DNA of 63,707 nt, counting the filler, from Octopus bimaculoides (taxonomy: Eukaryota), in NCBI RefSeq assembly GCF_001194135.2. It is 5 parts of 5 records of this genome, joined end to end, with 100 filler letters (N's around TTAATTAATTAA, not from the genome) between each part and the next. Parts side by side here need not be neighbours in the genome. Positions count along the whole stretch, not along the records: positions 1 to 25,890 come from NC_068990.1; 4 more parts are not named here. One strand, written 5' to 3'. The translations under genes and the position numbers were made by a program. Of this stretch, positions 1 through 13,602 are shown piece after piece (position 1 is the stretch's first letter; every line of letters starts with the position of its first letter). A model generated the notes under the pieces. The model did no database searches. It saw nothing but the letters and a program-made list of their open reading frames with translations, and was not told the origin of the DNA.

Positions 1-59
<59 letters not shown>
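1..59. repeat. (CA)n microsatellite
   Basis: Uninterrupted CA repeat at the window start. Confidence 0.95.
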
Positions 60-61
<2 letters not shown>

Positions 62-419
62 AAACACAAACACACACTTACAAATGTACACACAGCTAAT
101 TGCATGTATGTACGTATGTATATATATGTTTATATGTGAGTGCGTGTAACTGCGTGTAAATGTTTCTTTGCGATGGACAAGAAACTTATATTTAGCATTA
201 TATTGCGAATACTGTCCCTGGCCTTTCCTGAAAAATAAAGCAAATATCAACTAGAATTGCTCACCGTGTTTTCTGCTTCATATGCTATATATATAATTTA
301 CCCCCAAAATTGTATGTATGTTAGAAATTAATTTTCACTCTTTGACATATATAAGTCCACTTGCTGGCACATTCCAACTAAGACGGTATCATGAATTTGA
401 TAGAATTCTTTTAAAAGAA

Positions 420-655
420 ATCCCTGTGCAAAGAAAATACATGTCTTACACACCCTTCAAGTAGTTCTCAGAGATTCAGCGTAGCATAGATTGTGACAAG
501 GTTGGGGGGTTTGAAAGGCAGATATAACTCACTTTTGCCAGCTGAGCTGACTAGAAATAAAGAGTCTTGCTCAAGAACACAATGCACCACCGCTAATCAA
601 TTTTACTGTCTTACGATCACGAGGTGAATACTCTAGCCACTAAGCCAGGGGCCTT
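420..655 (-). mobile_element. tRNA-derived SINE, family B, decayed
   Basis: The reverse complement of 620-650 (tggcttagtggctagagtattcacctcgtgatcgtaag) matches the head of the copy at 5876 (tggcttagtggttgaggtatttaatccacgatcgtaag). The body also shares tgtgttcttgagcaagac and ctcagctggcaaa. Confidence 0.75.
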
Positions 656-759
656 CACAATATTTGATTTATACCGACTGTAATAATGACAACTTTAATG
701 ATGGGATGTTCAAATACGTTGGTCTTATGGAGGCATGGGGATAGGCTCGCCTGCTCAAG

Positions 760-1290
760 AGATCTCTAAAGCTGTTCGTTAAGTCCTAATTTCAGAATTG
801 ATTTGTGGAAATTAATCCACGTACCGGCTCATGGTGAGCTCCATTGGCACAGAAATGAAGTTTTATGGGCCTATCCTAGTATTGACTAACACAAAGTTGT
901 TTTTCACGCACTGAATCAATGGCCGAGTATTTCTGAGGTATGGAGCCATGTCCGACGGTTAGTGTGGCGTGTGGGAATATGGGATAGACTAAGCTTTTTA
1001 CTAAATTAATATAAATAGCCTTGCCGTTTTAATTTGGAAAAGAGGGGCAAGGAATTTTCTTCTGTCTGGATCTATAAGATGAAGGAAATTATGGTAAATC
1101 TCTTCAATTTTTTAATTTCTTCTTGAAGGGAACGCTACCTACAGGCGAATTTGATGTGACGGACCTCGTATGTGTGAGCAGAAGAGTCCTTGAATGCTGC
1201 AGCAGGATTGAAGTCATGATAGAACAATTGTTTAGAGTGAAAAGTAGTCCAGGTCAATGGTGCCTGATCCTATATGAGTTGTCCTTTTTT
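760..1290 (+). mobile_element. Decayed L1/Tx1-clade LINE ORF2 3' end
   Basis: From 893 the translation is KVVFHALNQWPSISEVWSHVRRLVWRVGIWDRLS. This aligns with ETVLHALMQCPTISDLWVYFKQLLSREGRIRLS in the better-preserved copy at ~54960-55060. Confidence 0.55.
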
Positions 1291-3621
1291 TCCTTGTGGA
1301 TACATTTATTTTCTATTTTTGTATTTATCTAATATCTTACGTTTCGTGAAGCACGTTTATGCGGATGATAGAAACAAAAATAATACAGGATGAATTTGTA
1401 AACAACGTTTAGTTACGTCACTTTATGTAGTGATTTCTATACACACCGGTCGATAAAATCAAGAACGAATCGGTGACTGAAATCGATATAAAAGACAAAA
1501 CACCTCTTCTACAATATGTGGCCTTTATGCATACATTAATATTCATACTTGTCATCATTATTATCGCCACTGTTATTGAATTTAGTTTTGACGCTGATTT
1601 TCAAGCATTTTCTTCTTTTTAATGTTGCTATTCCATTTGTTTAAGTATTGTTTTAGCAGTTGTCACATATGAGATATGTTACGTTAATGTATGATGAAAG
1701 ATATAGGTTCTAAATAAATAGTATCGAAAGTATTTTGTTGCTGTTGTCCTAAGACACTGATCAGAGTGATCAATTTGGATACACTACTACAGCTGGTGCC
1801 GAACATCCTCCTCTTAGTCTGACTTGTACCGTTTCCGCAAGCAGATTTTGTTGACCGAGGCAGACATTTCGAATTCAAATTAAAAACACCATTGAAGAAA
1901 AACAGGAAAATGAGTGTCAAATTCGTTTTAAATTACATTCAGAAAAGAAAGAAAGGCAAAAAAGGAAATAGTGGTGTAGAGGAAATAGAAAAGTAATTTC
2001 CTCTAGATGTTTCGATGTATTGTTCAAGATCCGGTCAACTAGAAAGAGAAATAAAAGAATAACAAAAGCAAGAGTAAAATATCGACTCCTTCCTTTCTGG
2101 AAGTACCGATTTCATGCTAGTAGTTAGTCGCTTGCTGGTATAAAACATTAGGTCATGCACTACTGAGACCCAATATGTTTATCATCATTTCTAGTGTTAA
2201 CATGTTGTTTCTGACCAGTGTAATGAGACTGCTGTATTAGTACTGCCGCAGGCTATAATAACACACTTTTCTTCTAATCACACTTTCTTCAAACCGGCAT
2301 TATTTGCGAATAACAAGGAAATATCTTCTCACTTGGAGACTCCCATCGATGTTATTATCAGCTTCTTTTTCTTTATTCTTTCCCCGGTAATCATTCCGGT
2401 TCACTTTCTGTTTATTTTATCTCCGCATCTTTCTGTATATTTATTTTTCTCTTAATGTTTGGTTCTTTATCTTCTTTTCTGTTTCTTTCTGTTTTATTTC
2501 TTTACCTTCACCTCAGTCTCTACCCCACCCCCTCTATATTTCTCTCATATCAATGTGATGTTTATCTCACCTACCAACCTTTCACTAGGAAACACCGATA
2601 CAGCACTTGTATACTTCACATGTATTTACTGTCTTCTTGTGTCCGTCTCATCCTAATGATTGTTCCAATTTCTTACAAGTTTCGATAAGTTTTGATTTGG
2701 AATTTAGGCTAGTATTTTTTCTGACCGTGTCGCTTTCAGCACTCCCTATACTAACATGTCCAGTTATTGGATGAAAATATGTCCAGCGGCAAAATTCTAG
2801 AATCACCGTTAAATAATGTTGTTTTCTAAGGATTCAGGAAAACGTAGATGTTTCGTGAGGAGAAGGAACTTTCAGATTTCTTATTTAACAACTGGTCATC
2901 TCTATTCAGCCAACAAACAAATAGTCGGCTAACTTGTCTGTCAAAATATGGCAATGGAGTCAATGTTGTAGCATATAATTTATCGAGCAAAAATTAATGG
3001 GTATCCTGCGAGTGAAGCATTCCGAATAAAATGTTTCTGTGGAGGTGAGAAGAAATCAGCGAAAAGAAAAGAAACGCAAAATAGGAAAATATTTACAATG
3101 AGCATTTTCCACTGTATAATATTGCCTTTTTGCTTCTAAGAGTGTGCACAAAAAAAAAAGAAGAAGAAAAGACAAATGGAGTTTTCTGGCTGTTTTATCT
3201 GCAAACAATCATCATAAAACACGAAAATAGACTGATGTTTGTAACACAGTTTTTGCTTTTCTTACGACAAAAGAAACAATTATTCTTTAGTATAAAATCA
3301 GCCTTTTGACTTTTTTTTCTGTAGAATCTATTTTATGGTTAGTATTTGCGTATAAAAAGCAACATATTCATGAGGAGACTTAAACGTTCTAGACACGTAG
3401 GAACTGAGTAACTATTAGTAAGGAGACATTTAGTGACTGCTTTAGCTTAGGTTATTACCATAACGAACTCGCTTCAATAAGAAACACATGGGAAAAGTCT
3501 GTGCGTATGCCTACGTATACACGTGAACTTTTACAAGCATAAAATATATGCACACTCACACACGTACTGGACAAAAATATATACAGATATAGTGACTTAT
3601 ATATAAATGTCTCAGTATGTG

Positions 3622-3670
<49 letters not shown>

Positions 3671-5249
3671 GGGGGGGGCAGCGTGTGTATGTGTGTGTGT
3701 CTGNNNNNNNNNNNNNNNNNNNNNNNNNNNNNNNNNNNNNNNNNNNNNNNNNNNNNNNNNNNNNNNNNNNNNNNNNNNNNNNNNNNNNNNNNNNNNNNNN
3801 NNNNNNNNNNNNNNNNNNNNNNNNNNNNNNNNNNNNNNNNNNNNNNNNNNNNNNNNNNNNNNNNNNNNNNNNNNNNNNNNNNNNNNNNNNNNNNNNNNNN
3901 NNNNNNNNNNNNNNNNNNNNNNNNNNNNNNNNNNNNNNNNNNNNNNNNNNNNNNNNNNNNNNNNNNNNNNNNNNNNNNNNNNNNNNNNNNNNNNNNNNNN
4001 NNNNNNNNNNNNNNNNNNNNNNNNNNNNNNNNNNNNNNNNNNNNNNNNNNNNNNNNNNNNNNNNNNNNNNNNNNNNNNNNNNNNNNNNNNNNNNNNNNNN
4101 NNNNNNNNNNNNNNNNNNNNNNNNNNNNNNNNNNNNNNNNNNNNNNNNNNNNNNNNNNNNNNNNNNNNNNNNNNNNNNNNNNNNNNNNNNNNNNNNNNNN
4201 NNNNNNNNNNNNNNNNNNNNNNNNNNNNNNNNNNNNNNNNNNNNNNNNNNNNNNNNNNNNNNNNNNNNNNNNNNNNNNNNNNNNNNNNNNNNNNNNNNNN
4301 NNNNNNNNNNNNNNNNNNNNNNNNNNNNNNNNNNNNNNNNNNNNNNNNNNNNNNNNNNNNNNNNNNNNNNNNNNNNNNNNNNNNNNNNNNNNNNATATAT
4401 ATAAATATATATATGCGTGTGTGTGTATGTATACATATATATGTATATATGAATATATGTGTGTATGTGCATGTTTCTACACACATATTTGCAAACACAT
4501 ACACACACACGTACACATATATGAATATATATTTATTTATATACTTATATAAACGACGGTACCCAGCGTGGCTGTAAGCTCTGGAGCCGAAACTAGGATA
4601 TGTGTATTGGTGTATGTGTGTGTGTTTGTTTGTGTGTGTGTGGGGGTGGGTGGGGGGTAAATCAGAAGCAGTGTCCTGGAGAAGTTCAGAAAAAGTTTTA
4701 CGTGTTACATGTGATGAAAGTACTTCAGCTTATGCATACATCAGCAGATATATACAATTTATGCATAGGCTATATATTTATTAACTATAGTTCAAGTTAA
4801 TAACTCGCTGTTATCCGGTGCTCAGCCAGAAACCTTAAACAACTGACAACCGGAAACAAAAAAAAAAGAGAATGCGCTGTCTCTTGTATTTTTCTAGACT
4901 ACACACACACACAGCATTTCTATTTATTTTCCATTGAAGTGTCCTTTATCGTTATCCTCTAAGTAACCAGGCAAGAAATAAATACATGTATGCACATCTA
5001 CAACGTTCATCAACAGGTGATAAAATGCAACTAATTTTCGTGTTTTGAATGTTTTTCAGAAACACAGACGTTGGTGGAAATTTAGAAGAACAATCCGGCA
5101 TTTATCGACAAGGGTGGGAGAGTGACAGAATCTTTAGAACAGCAGGTTAAACCATCTTGCAATATTTTTCCAGCTCTTTACATACTGAGTTCAAATCATG
5201 ACAGTGACGAATTTTTACTGTCTTCCTTTTTTCTTAGCGTATCGCAACA

Positions 5250-5740
5250 AAATGGCTGACTGGCAAAATTGTTAGAGCGTTGGGCAAAACGTTTCACGGT
5301 ATCTGTTTCATTTGCGTACGGTCTGAGGCGTGTGGACATGAGTGGCGAACTTGCTTGAAACAAGCCAGCAAGATGAAGCCTTGGTAAATAGTCTGGGGAA
5401 AGCTTCATGTTAAAAGCCTTGTTAGTGGATTTAGAAGACGGAAACTGGAGCATCCCATCGTACATTTGTGTGTGCGCGCGCGCGTTTGTGTTTGTGTACG
5501 TCTGTGTGTGCATCTATGCATACGTCGCTGTCTTTGCGTTATGTTTGTCTCCCGCTATCTCTTGACGACCGGTACTACATTGTTTACATCTCTGTAGTTT
5601 AGCGGTTCGGCGAAAGAGAGACCGATTGAGACTTAAAATGGGAGACTTAACAATAAATTCTCTGATCAATTCGTTCGACTAAACCATTCCAGATGGTGCC
5701 CCAGTATGACCATAATCCAACGAATGAAAGAAGTAAAAGT
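5250..5740 (+). mobile_element. Composite SINE remnant (family A-type head plus family C body and tail)
   Basis: ctggcaaaattgttagagcgttgggcaaaacg resembles the family A head. gccttgttagtggatttagaagacggaaactg and ttagcggttcggcgaaagagagaccgat match the family C pieces at 17985-18185 (-) and 32105-32260. Confidence 0.6.
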
Positions 5741-5869
5741 CAGATATTGTCAGTTAGTCCTGAACGAAACCAGCAAGGAATTATCTTTCTATTTCCACAT
5801 GAAATCTTCATGAGAAGTCCATAGACTATATAAAAAAATTAAGTGAGGGATTTCTTGAAACTTGAATGA

Positions 5870-6160
5870 AGGCAAGTGGCTTAGTGGTTGAGGTATTTAA
5901 TCCACGATCGTAAGGTCGTGAGTTCGATTCCCGACAGTGCTTTCTTTCTTTGAGCAAGACGCTTTGTTTCAAGTTGCTAAAGTCAACTCAGCTGGCAAAC
6001 ACGCGTTGTACCTGTAATTCAAAGGACCATTCTGTGTCACACTAAATCTCCCAGAGAACTACGTTTAGAATGTCTGTGAAGTGCTCGGTCACTTGCACGC
6101 CAATTTCACAAGCACGGTATTCCGCTCATCGGATCAACTGTCACTCGTCGTCATAACCGA
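5870..6160 (+). mobile_element. tRNA-derived SINE, family B, near full length
   Basis: A-box-like TGGCTTAGTGG and B-box GAGTTCGATTCC. Body and tail (ctcgtcgtcataaccga) are shared with 40700-41020. Confidence 0.8.
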
Positions 6161-6169
6161 TGAGTGACA

Positions 6170-6171
<2 letters not shown>

Positions 6172-6205
<34 letters not shown>

Positions 6206-6261
6206 TCTCTCTCTTTCTTTCTCTCTCTCTCTCTCCCTCTCTCCATCTCTCTCTCTCTTTC

Positions 6262-6349
<88 letters not shown>

Positions 6350-6360
6350 CTCTCTCTCTC
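6172..6360. repeat. (CT)n microsatellite
   Basis: Long imperfect CT tract. Confidence 0.95.
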
Positions 6361-8937
6361 TTCTGTATTTTTATTTTGCAACTTGATGACGTAGGGAGTA
6401 AAACAATTTATTGAAACCTAAATAAAATTCGAATCAATAGACTAGTATTAATTATATATAACACTGAACAATTAAACAACTCAATACTTTGAATAAACTA
6501 AATACAGGTATTCAAGATCAGAAGGTATTGAGACGAATCATAATTTTGAATATCACATAATCAAGCCCTTCTCCCTTCTCAATTAAGATATGACGTTCTC
6601 ATTTATCTTACATGTATGAGAGGACAGTACTGCATTTATAACTGCTTGTCTAAGTCTCTCAACTGAGAATAATTTGTCAAGTTTTTTAATATCTTGGAGC
6701 TGCTGAAAAAGCCCGATCGTCTCAATGACGTATGAGGCTGAGGTTGTTCATTTCGACCACGTTTGATACATTCTAGCTTGGTCTTCTACCTCCTTCGCGA
6801 CATTGAACACGAAAAAAAAAATGGCTATGTTCATAAAGTTTACCATTTTCGAATCACGGTGGTTGACGGTTAGAGTTGGGAAGAAGACGTGTCTTTTGAT
6901 TTCTCGTGTCACATTAGAATATGCCTTCGACGATGGTGCCGATATATTTGAAAGTGAAATGAGAAATTTAATACATGATGAATGCTGCGTTTACAGAAAT
7001 ATGCGTCTGGCCTTCCACCACCGCTGCTGGACGAATATCTTCTGCTTCTGATATATTTGTGCTTTAAACACAGTGAATTCATACTAGATATTATCTCGAG
7101 ACGAATATCGCAGTTAATTTGTCTTTTGCAATACATTTGCATTAAGTATGATACGCAGATGTCTATTTTAATCTAATAGTCTTTATGCAGCATATAACGA
7201 ACGTATGTGTGTCCGTGTTTGTGTGTAGCTGTGTATGCGTGTCTTATGTGAGTACATGTAAGTGTGTGCATATATATGTGTTTGTGACTATATATGTTTA
7301 TGTAAAATTTTCCACTCTAATGTTAACTTACTTGTATGCTCTCAATCAACTTCTTTCAAAGGAAAGTGTTATAGCTTTGTTTCATATGTGTTATATTTTA
7401 CAATTCAAGTATTTTGTGCCAATATCGTTGTTACATTCTTACACAACTAAATTTTCCATAAACGTGTATATATATGTAATCTATATTTTGTCTTCACCAA
7501 ACATATTGTGTATACCTAACATAAAAATAAAAGCAAAAGAGTAACAAAAGCGCATCTGTATATGTGCAACTGTCAGAATTTTTCCTTCGGAGTTTAATGC
7601 GTTTTAAGAATTGGAATTTCCTTGAGAAATTATAGTCAGAAATGATACAGCAGGCTCCTATATCCTGCAAAATATTATTTTTGTTTTCATACAAAGAAGT
7701 TGTTTACAATTTATTTAGAATAACAATATAAGTATCTCTAGTTTTATGTAAAAGTTTCAACAACACGAAAGAAATATTTCTATATTGGCGGGAAGCTATG
7801 ATAATTTACCTCCATTTCAAATATTAATTGTCCTTCAGCTTCAATCAGACTCTAAAAATGATAAATAATAACACTTTCGCATAACTGAAATGTTCTTCCT
7901 TCAGTCAAATTTCTATATTGTTTTGCTGGGATACAATTAAACAGTTGGCTATGATCGCTATGAAAGTGCAGTGCAGATTCATACAATAGGACATTACAAC
8001 ATTGGAACGTTATTAGTAAAGCACATTCTTGATGGTTTCCAGCGTATTAATTTGTTAACATAAGGACAATTAAACTGAAAAGGCAAGTCCAATACCATCT
8101 TAATCAGTTTTGTTTGAATTCATTGGAAATTTGTTTGAAGTGTCATAGAAATTCATCTATAGGTTTCAACTCTTATAACATCCGACAGTTTATGCCTAAA
8201 GCAAGTATTGAGATATGTTACCGAGAACATCATGCAATGTATTCTTATTATATTCAGCGAATATATATGTGTGTGCGTGTGTGTGTGCGTGTGTGTGTGT
8301 ATGTATGCATGCATGTATGTATGTATGAAACGAGATTCCTATTTTCGTTTTGGAGAAGTGTGAAGTTGCGATTCCTTCCCTCTGCAATAGTGTTAATATG
8401 CAATAAATATGAGAGCGACAACAGATCATTTATAGCATCGTGATGGAACTTCTTAAAACAAACACAACTACGCAATAACTAGATTATAAAGCTATTAAAA
8501 CGTGCGAATCCCAGATTTCATGACATCACTTATACTGTATATTGTAAACATGTTTAATGTTTGAGTTAAGTTTTTAATATGATTACATTTCTTCGAACTA
8601 TTTATCCTTACGTTTAGTCCAAGAATTATATCGAATTCTCAGTCTGGGTTTGATTCCTAGACGGAAGTATTTCATTCCGATTTTACAGATATAGACGTTA
8701 AGAGTAAATTTTCAATGGGTCAGTCACCGCGTATTTGAAGAATAGAGTATGCGCGCAATTATAGTTGTAAGGATATTGCAGAAGCTTGGGGTTTTTTTCT
8801 GTTTTTCCGACAATGTTTACATCTTAAGCGACCTACCAACCTATCTACATACATGCAATTATAAATACACAAATACATAAACACATACACAGATACACCC
8901 ACACTCGTGTGTGTGTGTGTGTGTGTGTGTGTAATGA

Positions 8938-9070
8938 GGGCGCGTGACCAAGCGGTTAGGCTATGGCATTCACAATGGTAAGAGCGCTGTGTTCTTGAGC
9001 AAAACACTTCGTCCCACGTTCCTGTGATCACCTCGATATCTGAGGTGTGACACACCTTGCACCTGTATAC
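8938..9070 (+). mobile_element. SINE family B fragment with internal deletion
   Basis: gcgtgaccaagcggttag head and tgtgttcttgagcaaaacact body motif. Confidence 0.5.
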
Positions 9071-9077
9071 GCAATGT

Positions 9078-9114
<37 letters not shown>

Positions 9115-9160
9115 GAGAGATAAACAGAGAGAGAGAGAGAGACAGAGAGANNNNNNNNNN

Positions 9161-9225
<65 letters not shown>

Positions 9226-9345
9226 GAGAGTGATCTGATGTTCTGCACGGACATTTGATTACTATACGAAAATTACGTATGCAGATTGTTTATAAAAATA
9301 TTACTGAATAGCCATATATATATACATATATATATAGATATAGAA

Positions 9346-9376
<31 letters not shown>

Positions 9377-9398
9377 CATGTATGTATGTATGTATGTA

Positions 9399-10300
9399 TA
9401 GGGTGCGTAAGATATTTGAGGACTTACCTTCCTGAGGGGTCATTGCTGCATTTATTGCTATCTCTGTATAATCTTTGTTTCAGAAAATGATAATGGCAGA
9501 CCCTCAGCTTACTTAAGAAATGAAGAGGATGCTGGTATTGTGGTTATAAAGGCTAGGCATAGTGATTTAGAAATATTTCGGTTTTTAAAAGTTGCCAGGT
9601 CTTTCGTCTACAAAGTTTGTAAGGAGTTAGGTACTGAAGATGGAAAGATATCACCAGTATCAAAGCATAAAAAGCATTCTAAACACTCTGAAATCATCAG
9701 AACACTTGGAAAATTCAGCAGAAAAAGATTTGATTTGTTTTTTCTAAAACGAGAAAAACTTCGACCAGGATCAAAATGTTAACAGAAGAAATGACAGATG
9801 GTTATGTGCAGACCCTTCTGAAGTTCCAAGTGTTATGCATACAAAATTTTCTGGAACTGTCATGGTTTTAGGGGTAGTCAGCAATGAAAGACATGTGATG
9901 CCTCCTTACTTCTTTCCACAAAGCCTTAGAGTTAGATCTGCCGCCTACATTGAGGTTATGGAAACAATTTTTAAGCCCTGGATAGACAGTGTATGCAGTA
10001 GAAGGCCATATATGTTTCAGTAACACTCTGCACTATCACATATGTCTCTAGTAACACAGGAATGGATGGCTGAAAATTTTAATGATCACATAACCCCTAA
10101 GATTTGGCCTCCTAATTCTCCAGATCTCAATCTATTGGACTATTACATGTGGAGCGTTGTTGAGAGGTCAATGAACACGCCCATAACACCAAAGATTATT
10201 TGAAAGCTGCCCATACTCAGAGTAATGTCCAAAATGAACCAGGACCACTCGATTCGAGAATGTAGATAATGTAGATCTCATATAGAAGCAGTTGTTGAAG
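9399..10300 (+). mobile_element. Decayed Tc1/mariner transposon, DD37D (maT-type) transposase pseudogene, 3' truncated
   Basis: Starts with a TA-tagggtg TIR-like end. Fragments include VMVLGVVSNERHVMPPYFF and FQ*(D>H)SALSH...WPPNSPDLNLLDYYMWSVVE. There are 37 residues between the second catalytic position (cac at 10024) and the D of LNLLD. Stops, frameshifts and an internal deletion are present. Confidence 0.85.
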
Positions 10301-10465
10301 CTTCACTCAGTGTCGAAATGAGTTGTGACGCCACTGGTGCCAAGCTGAATCAGTCTTTGCCTTTCTCTTGGATAACATCGATGGCGTGACGAGGGGATGT
10401 TGGTATGCCTGGGCGACTGCTGGTCTTCCATACATACATACATACACACATACATACATACATAT

Positions 10466-10522
<57 letters not shown>

Positions 10523-10819
10523 ACAGACTCTTGTGCAGTTTATGACGACTAAATTTTACTGATGAGGCATTAACTAACTTGACGCTGAGGCAAAAGATTC
10601 TTCCCTTAAGTACTGCGGAGAGGGATTGAATGCGTAATTTTTAAATCGGAACTTTGAATATCTCAACCAAGCTAATTTTAACTGTTCATGACTTTTCAAA
10701 AGAAATGAACCCGTTTCAAGGGACATGTGAAACCACATCCCAAATAAAATTGTTCAGATTTTCGTTTTTCACTGCCATTTTTGCCACAGATTCTTGTATT
10801 ATTTTCTTTTTACGTCTGT

Positions 10820-10972
10820 CTTTACGTTCTGAGTTCATATTCCTCCGAGGTCGACTTTGCCTTTCATCCTTTCGAGGTCGATAAATTAAGTACCAGTTGC
10901 GTACTGGGGTCGATCTAACCGACTAGCACCCTCCCCCAAAATTTCGGGCTTTGTGCCTAGAGTAGAAAAGAA
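10820..10972 (+). mobile_element. SINE family A, 5' truncated
   Basis: gaggtcgactttgcctttcatcctttcg...gtcgataaattaagtaccagttgcgtactggggtcgatc...ttgtgcctagagtagaaaaga, the same as the copy at 44509. Confidence 0.9.
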
Positions 10973-11244
10973 AACATTATTTCTTTTCTTTTCACAAAGC
11001 AGAAAGGTTCTATAATTAAAATACTGGAATTTTTTTCATGACCAAGCCTTTAACGGCATCAATCGATGATCGAAACCAAGGTATGAATTTAATTCGCATA
11101 ATTTAAAATAGGTCCTTCTAAAACCCCGTTTCTCCCTTATGAAGCTCAAGTAGTTCATATTTTGAATTAACTGCAAATTAACGTTTGAAATTCATTTTAT
11201 TTTATTTTATTCCATTTTAAAAAAATTCTTATTGTATACAGGCT

Positions 11245-11324
11245 TTCGATCTAGTTTGGATTCTTTGCCATCAGATTTGAATCCTTTGCCAAATTTGATG
11301 GCAAAGAATCGAAACCAGATCGAA
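11245..11324. repeat. Inverted repeat with a 34-bp stem and 12-nt loop
   Basis: 11245-11278 against the reverse complement of 11291-11324 is 31/34 identical. Confidence 0.9.
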
Positions 11325-12050
11325 GACAGCTATATATTTGTAGGAACATGGTAGGTGATTAGCAAATTCACTTCTAGTATTTTGTTACGCTTGTTTTCTA
11401 CTTTGCAAGTTCAAAGCTCATTGAACTCAACATAGCTTTTCATATATTGTAACCTAATAAGTAAAATATATGTCAAATACCCGAGTAAATATAATCAACC
11501 ATCTTAAAATATTGGTGCTATGTGAGCTGTCTGTTTGTAGCGTTATCAAAGTAAAATATTTGAAATGGCTTCGATTAGAACCGAGTTTATTATATCATGA
11601 ATTTGACTCTCCCGGAACCTAAAGTCTTTTTCTCTACAATACGTGTACTCTGGTTTCAAAACTTGTTTAAGTTATTTTACTCTACTCTCGGCTGATGAGG
11701 CGTCTTTAAAATGCATAAACGTCACAAACTCCAATTTTTATTCATTTACTTATCTGAAATGTTGTATCTAGCCAAGAGAAATCAATATATTCCTTTTATT
11801 CCCCGTCTACCTAAAACGATTAAAATCAATTGCCAAACAAGTACAGCACAATAATTTTTATTTTCTCTTTCCTTAATGCTATTCGTTTGTTTGTATCGGG
11901 TCTGTCAGTCTAATTGGATTGCTGTTGGATACCATTTAACAGAAAGTAATTTATCATATATTTTCAATGCATTTCGCTTTAAAGAACGAAAGAACTCAAA
12001 TTACGTCAGACTGCTACAAGAGATTCTTTCGTTTGAGACTTAAATCTCAG

Positions 12051-12185
12051 AAAATCTGAGGTGGATAATATTTTGGGAAAAAGTGGAATTCGGTTCACTG
12101 AAGTGGAACCAAAGAAATCACTTGCTCGTTGTGCTTGGATGAGCCCTGCAGCCATGGAAGACACAGTTCTTTGCCGAATGAACGA
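12051..12185 (+). CDS. Candidate internal coding exon, product unknown
   Basis: Bounded by tctcAG and GA|GTAAGC. It is 135 nt, phase 2-2, and open as KSEVDNILGKSGIRFTEVEPKKSLARCAWMSPAAMEDTVLCRMN. The sequence is non-repetitive, but the acceptor is weak and I recognise no homology. Confidence 0.25.
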
Positions 12186-12298
12186 GTAAGCAGACATCTA
12201 AGAAGGATGGTAGTAGAGAGCTTTGGTCAACGTATGCCAGCTAGGATCAATAAAAGTCATTCGACCAGAAATTATACACTACTCCCAATAATAGTGTT

Positions 12299-12386
12299 GA
12301 AGAAGAAGAAGAAGAAGAAGAAGAAGAAGAAGAAGAAGAAGAAGAAGAAGAAGAAGAAGAAGAAGAAGAAGAAGAAGAAGAAGAAG
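12299..12386. repeat. (GAA)n microsatellite
   Basis: Pure GAA run that produces the poly-K ORF. Confidence 0.95.
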
Positions 12387-12919
12387 ACGGAGAGGGTGTT
12401 AGGCGAACAAAGAGTGTAAGACAAGTTGGCGGCAGTTATAGCAACGGTGAAGATGGGGATTTGTGCTAGCAGTGGCTGAGGTTATGGGATTATCAGGGTG
12501 ACGGTTGAGGTAGCGTAGCACAGGATTTAAAGGAAAAAAGAAAAATAGAGGGCAAGTCAAAAACATTATTCACTGATCCCTTCTGAAATAGAATTCGGAC
12601 GTAAGAATGAATACACAAGATACACCTCATTCTGGGGTACATATTTCTTGAAAGACTTATTTACTGAAGAATGCTGTTTTTAAGAAGGGAGAAAAAAAAA
12701 TCAAGAATAAAAAATGAAAAAAACCTCTTAGCTTATTTTATGGAGATCACTTTTACGTCAAAACGACGTCTGTGAGATTGGGAATGGGTCTGCCATGTTA
12801 ATAAGGTTTGTTTTCATTGTATTACACAGCTAACAAACCAATCGTTGTCTGTACTACTACTTTACCATAACAATAGTCAACAACACTGTTCTCAACCACT
12901 ATCATCACCCCATCATCAT

Positions 12920-12966
<47 letters not shown>

Positions 12967-13602
12967 TTGCTGCTACATCTGTTGTTGTTATTGCTGCTCG
13001 TACTGTTCCTAAGATTAGTTCTTTGATAGCTTAAATCAGTAGAACGTTTACCATTTTTGGACCGAAATAATCGATCGAATTAACCAATGCGACCCAAAAG
13101 AAATAGCATCAAATTGACCATCAAAATCAAATCACATCCGACCATTTTAAAGAAACGCAGGATACATAGGAATATGCACTCCTAGTTAAGCAATATCTAA
13201 ATGGAAGACGAATTATCACGTCTAGAACGTATTTTTTTTCATGGATATCATCAACAACAACAATAACATTAATATCATCAACAACAACAATAACATTAAT
13301 ATCATCAACAATAGATATTTATGTAATACACCCTGTAAAAACCTAACCGCTTCGAATTTTGAATTCCTGACGTCAAAGAACAATGCTGAAAGCATTTTCT
13401 TTTAAATAGCAAGCAAATTGTGTATAACAGAATCAACGAATACGGATTTTGAACGGGTCAAACAGATTATATATGGTGTAGACAAGGACTTGAAATATAT
13501 ATGAAATTAGAATTTATTCTCTTTGGTTGTACATGTTCTATTGCAAATATTAGAAAAAAAAAGAAAAAGAAAAGATTAAACCCCAAACCTGAATCTAGAT
13601 TT

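Noticed and set aside
5236-5390. LIM-domain-like peptide GKIVRALGKTFHGICFIC after a strong pyrimidine tract and AG
   Set aside because: The nucleotides align with the SINE head (ctggcagaatcgttagcacgccgggcgaaa type), the frame stops soon after, and the remaining LIM cysteines are missing. The resemblance is coincidental.
6800-7180. ORFs and possible exons at 6.8-7.2 kb (similarly 1684-1920, 15603-15902, 20715-20800 and 42260-42494)
   Set aside because: No recognisable domains and inconsistent splice phases. They cannot be supported without RNA or homology data.
11685-11730. Hammerhead-like ctgatgag-gcgt(ctttaaa)atgc-ataaacgtc
   Set aside because: The GAAA core is broken and no stem I partner is evident; too weak without other copies.
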